Origin: an uncultured Acidimicrobiaceae bacterium
GTDB taxonomy: Bacteria; Actinomycetota; Acidimicrobiia; Acidimicrobiales; RAAP-2
Length of the DNA: 64,000 nucleotides
Reading direction: 5' to 3'
NCBI GenBank assembly: GCA_963841965.1
Contig: CAWJES010000015.1
Coordinates: 5,186-69,185 of the forward strand
Below, piece after piece: positions 62,506 through 64,000 of the stretch; the first letter of the stretch is position 1, and each line of letters starts with the position of its first letter. The position numbers and the translations under genes are program-made. The notes beneath the pieces are model-generated. The model had not been told where the DNA came from, ran no database searches, and saw only the letters and a list, made by a program, of their open reading frames with translations.

Positions 62506-63330
62506 ATGACCACCGAACGGATCGCCTCAGGTGACGTCACGCTGACAGTCGACGTCGAGGGAGAAGGGACGCCGATCGTCCTGCTCCACGGATGGCCGGA
62601 CACCGCAGCCCTGTGGCGTGACGTGACCCCGCACCTCGTGGAGGCCGGGTTCCGGGTGATCGCCCCCGACCTTCGGGGCTGCGGCCGGTCTGACAAGCCC
62701 GAGGCGGTCGATGCCTACCGCATGCACCTGCTCGTGGCCGACGTCGCGGCACTCATCGACGGCATCGCCGGGGGACACGCCCACGTCGTCGGCCACGACC
62801 TCGGCGCCAATCTGGCATGGGTGGCCGCGGCCTACCTCCCGAACCAGGTCGATCGGCTCGTCGCATTGTCGGTGGGACATCCGACCTCGTTCTTCAGCGA
62901 CAACATCGCCCAGCAGGTCCGGAGCCTCTACATCCTGCTCTTCGAGCACCCCGGCATCGCCGAGGAGTGGCTGCTTCGAGACGACGCCCGGGCGTTGCGG
63001 CATTGGACGGGGCATCCCGACATCGAGGCGGTGCTCGCTGACATCGAGCAGAACCACTCCCTCACGACGCACCTCAATTGGTACCGGGCGAGCATCACCG
63101 CGAGGAACTGGGTGTCGCCACCGCCGGTGCTCCCCGTGATCGCACCGCCCACGCTCGGGATCTGGAGCACGAACGACCTGGCGCTGACCGAGCAGCAGAT
63201 GCTCGCATCTGCCGCGTTCTGTGCGAACGGCTTCGAGTACCAGCAACTGGCTGGCGCGGGCCACTGGATTCCACTCGAGGCACCCGGGGCCCTGGCGGGA
63301 CACCTCGTGAGGTTCCTCGCGGACGGGTGA
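62506..63330 (+). CDS. alpha/beta hydrolase, epoxide hydrolase / haloalkane dehalogenase-like (Asp nucleophile)
   Basis: The HGWPD oxyanion motif and GHDLG nucleophile elbow are typical of the EH-like subgroup. Confidence 0.7.
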   Translation: MTTERIASGDVTLTVDVEGEGTPIVLLHGWPDTAALWRDVTPHLVEAGFRVIAPDLRGCGRSDKPEAVDAYRMHLLVADVAALIDGIAGGHAHVVGHDLGANLAWVAAAYLPNQVDRLVALSVGHPTSFFSDNIAQQVRSLYILLFEHPGIAEEWLLRDDARALRHWTGHPDIEAVLADIEQNHSLTTHLNWYRASITARNWVSPPPVLPVIAPPTLGIWSTNDLALTEQQMLASAAFCANGFEYQQLAGAGHWIPLEAPGALAGHLVRFLADG

Positions 63331-63340
63331 CCGAGGGGCC

Positions 63341-64000
63341 TCAGTCAGCCAGAGCCACCCTCGGCGCCTGCTGGCGCACAGGGTGCACCCCGCGCAGGAG
63401 CTGGGCGGCGAAGAGCGAGAGCAGCGAGAGCCCGGCGGAGAAGTAGAACGCCCGGACGTAGCCCGCCGTGATGGCCTGCAGGACGGCGGGGGAGTGGTAC
63501 GCGGGGGAGGTGACCGACGGGAGCGTACCCCCGAGCAGGTCGACCGCACGGGTGGTCGCGATCGTGGCCAGGATCGCGAGGCCCAGCGACCCCCCGACCT
63601 GGCGCGCGGTGTTGAGGATGCCCGAGGCCAGGCCCGCCTGGGTCGGCGCCACCGTCGAGGTCGCAGCAGCTGCGAGCGGGCTGAACAGCAGGCCGATCGC
63701 CAGCGCGATGAGCGAGGCCGGCAGCATGATGTCGGTCGTGTACGAGGAGGTCGTGGTCAGCCGCGTGAGCAGGAGGAATCCGACGGTCTGCAGCGCGGTG
63801 CCGATCGAGATCACCGGCCAGACTCCGGTTCTCGACATCACCCTGCTGGAGACCTGGGCGCCGATGATGATCGCAATCGACATCGGCAGGAATGCGAACC
63901 CTGTCTTCAGCGCCGAGTACCCGAGCACGTCCTGCATGTACAGCGTGAGGAAGTACCACATCGCGAAGAAGGCCCCGCCCACGAGGAACATGACGAGGTT
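63341..64000 (-). CDS. MFS transporter (DHA2-like), C-terminal part. The 5' end lies outside the window.
   Basis: The frame is open to the window edge. Hydrophobic helices with Y.Q.VLGYSAL..G and ...N..RQ.GGSLG typical of the second half of a 14-TMS MFS. Confidence 0.7.
   Translation of the reverse strand, partial: NLVMFLVGGAFFAMWYFLTLYMQDVLGYSALKTGFAFLPMSIAIIIGAQVSSRVMSRTGVWPVISIGTALQTVGFLLLTRLTTTSSYTTDIMLPASLIALAIGLLFSPLAAAATSTVAPTQAGLASGILNTARQVGGSLGLAILATIATTRAVDLLGGTLPSVTSPAYHSPAVLQAITAGYVRAFYFSAGLSLLSLFAAQLLRGVHPVRQQAPRVALAD

Noticed and set aside
1-64000. tRNA/rRNA genes, CRISPR arrays, IS elements, integrases, toxin-antitoxin or defence-system genes
   Set aside because: None found. 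All intergenic gaps are 215 bp or shorter, with no cloverleaf-like or repeat-spacer structure. No transposase, integrase or nuclease signatures appear in any frame, and GC content and codon bias are uniform across the window.

Overview
High-GC (about 70%) actinobacterial chromosomal core region with very high coding density. I found no rRNA, tRNA, CRISPR array or mobile element. The window holds most of an aerobic respiratory chain together with tetrapyrrole synthesis. In order: an mshA-like fragment and a YbjN-like gene; proC, a DUF62 SAM hydrolase, rex and hemA-hemC-hemD-hemB-hemL; a GT-C glycosyltransferase; a MenJ-like geranylgeranyl reductase divergent from nuoA-N (complex I, 14 genes, mostly joined by 1-8 nt overlaps) with an ATP-grasp gene coupled to nuoN; a Cys-repeat/FN3 lipoprotein divergent from dipZ; a large MprF-like aminoacyl-phosphatidylglycerol synthase carrying an unusual N-terminal domain; hemE-hemH-hemY; helD; ctaE-qcrC-qcrA-qcrB; an MFS transporter and purU; tatA, an MBL hydrolase and ctaC-ctaD-ctaF; and a right-hand accessory block (enoyl-CoA hydratase, GH1-like, DedA, DoxX-Rieske fusion, alpha/beta hydrolases, GH31, hypotheticals, MFS). 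I did not find a clear-cut new multi-gene system such as a defence island. The most notable observations are: (1) a recurrent leaderless-type promoter pattern, with a (T)AnnnT hexamer 6-7 nt before the start codon of at least 13 operon-leading genes, which also helped fix start sites; (2) a -1 frameshift in hemL; (3) three unusual domain architectures (a pseudo-metallophosphoesterase fused to an MprF synthase, a DoxX-Cys4-Tat anchor-Rieske fusion, and a lipoprotein with seven CX5C repeats plus FN3 next to dipZ); (4) a GH1-like protein with both catalytic glutamates replaced; (5) respiration and heme genes concentrated in about 50 kb. All functional calls come from motif recognition in the supplied translations and from gene order. 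No database search was run.
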